A program made the translations under genes and the position numbers. A stretch of DNA of 63,701 bases, counting the filler, from Octopus bimaculoides (lineage: Eukaryota): the NCBI RefSeq assembly GCF_001194135.2. It is 7 parts of 7 records of this genome, joined end to end, with 100 filler letters (N's around TTAATTAATTAA, not from the genome) between each part and the next. Parts side by side here need not be neighbours in the genome. Positions count along the whole stretch, not along the records: positions 59,124 to 63,701 come from NW_026363460.1; 6 more parts are not named here. One strand, given 5' to 3'. Shown here piece by piece: positions 63,017 to 63,701 of this stretch. Positions within the stretch are counted from its first letter, which is position 1. Each line of letters begins with the position of its first letter. The notes beneath the pieces were generated by a model that was not told where the DNA came from, did no database searches, and was given only the letters and a program-made list of their open reading frames with translations.

Positions 63017-63419
63017 GTAAGTTACAGGACAGCTGACTGTACAAGTGGATGGCTGGCTGGTTTGTTGGCTGGTTCGTTGCTCGTCTGCCAAGGGTCTTGT
63101 TATGCGTGTATATGTATGTATATACATGTATGTGTGCATTTATGTATGTATGTATGGATGGATGTATACGTATACTTAGCTAACTGTGGCTGTTTTGTGT
63201 GTATGCTTGTCTATACACGCACACACACACATATACACATATATTTACTTACATGTATATATACAGGTACGTACGTATGTATGTACGTATGCATGTATGT
63301 ATATATGCATGTACGTACGTATGTATGTATGTATGTATGTATGTGTGTATGTATGTGTGTGGAAGGTGATTACGCAGGGGTCTGTCTGCTAGCAGTGTGT
63401 TTATGTCTGGGTACCCGTC

Positions 63420-63701
63420 TGGGGTCATGCTGGAGCACCGCCTTTAGTCGAACAAATCGACCCCAGGACTTATTCTTTGTAAGCCAAGTGCTTATTTAAT
63501 CAGAATCTTTTGGCCATCGGTTGACAAGAGATGGTGGGAGGACAAACATAGACACACAAACACACGCACTCACACACACACAGACACACATATATATATA
63601 TATATATACATATATACGACAGGCTTCTTTCAGTTTCCATCTACCAAATCCACTCACAAGGCCTTTGGTCGGCCCGAGGCTATAGTAGAAGACACTTGCC
63701 C
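63420..63701 (-). mobile_element. SINE family A (runs off the window)
   Basis: catgctggagcaccgcctttagtcg tail; acgacaggcttctttcagtttcc..gacacttgccc head. Confidence 0.88.

Overview
AT-rich, microsatellite-saturated animal genomic DNA with many assembly gaps. The repeat families suggest a coleoid cephalopod such as Octopus (inferred from recalled repeat sequences, not checked). No complete protein-coding gene is visible, and nearly all ORFs in the track are (AT)n/(AC)n/(ATAC)n artefacts. Supportable content: (i) three or more tRNA-derived SINE families in many copies; (ii) decayed fragments of R4/Dong-type, RTE and Penelope retroelements and of maT/DD37D-like Tc1-mariner transposase; (iii) mariner, Tigger, hAT, piggyBac-like and Helentron-like non-autonomous elements; (iv) a frameshifted ORF1-only (gag-like, CCHC knuckle) element at 37.5-39.2 kb; (v) one good + strand coding-exon candidate (49043-49131), weaker partner exons and a TATA/Inr core promoter near 60.1 kb. 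Most unusual: a head-to-head palindromic pair of composite elements (tRNA head + (TAA)n + hammerhead-core tail) at 1.6-2.2 kb, the HAL1-like ORF1-only element, a nested foldback downstream of the candidate exon, and a MITE whose TIRs carry octamer + CCAAT motifs. Six N44-TTAATTAATTAA-N44 blocks are synthetic scaffold spacers, so adjacency across them is unverified. Boundaries of decayed repeats are approximate.
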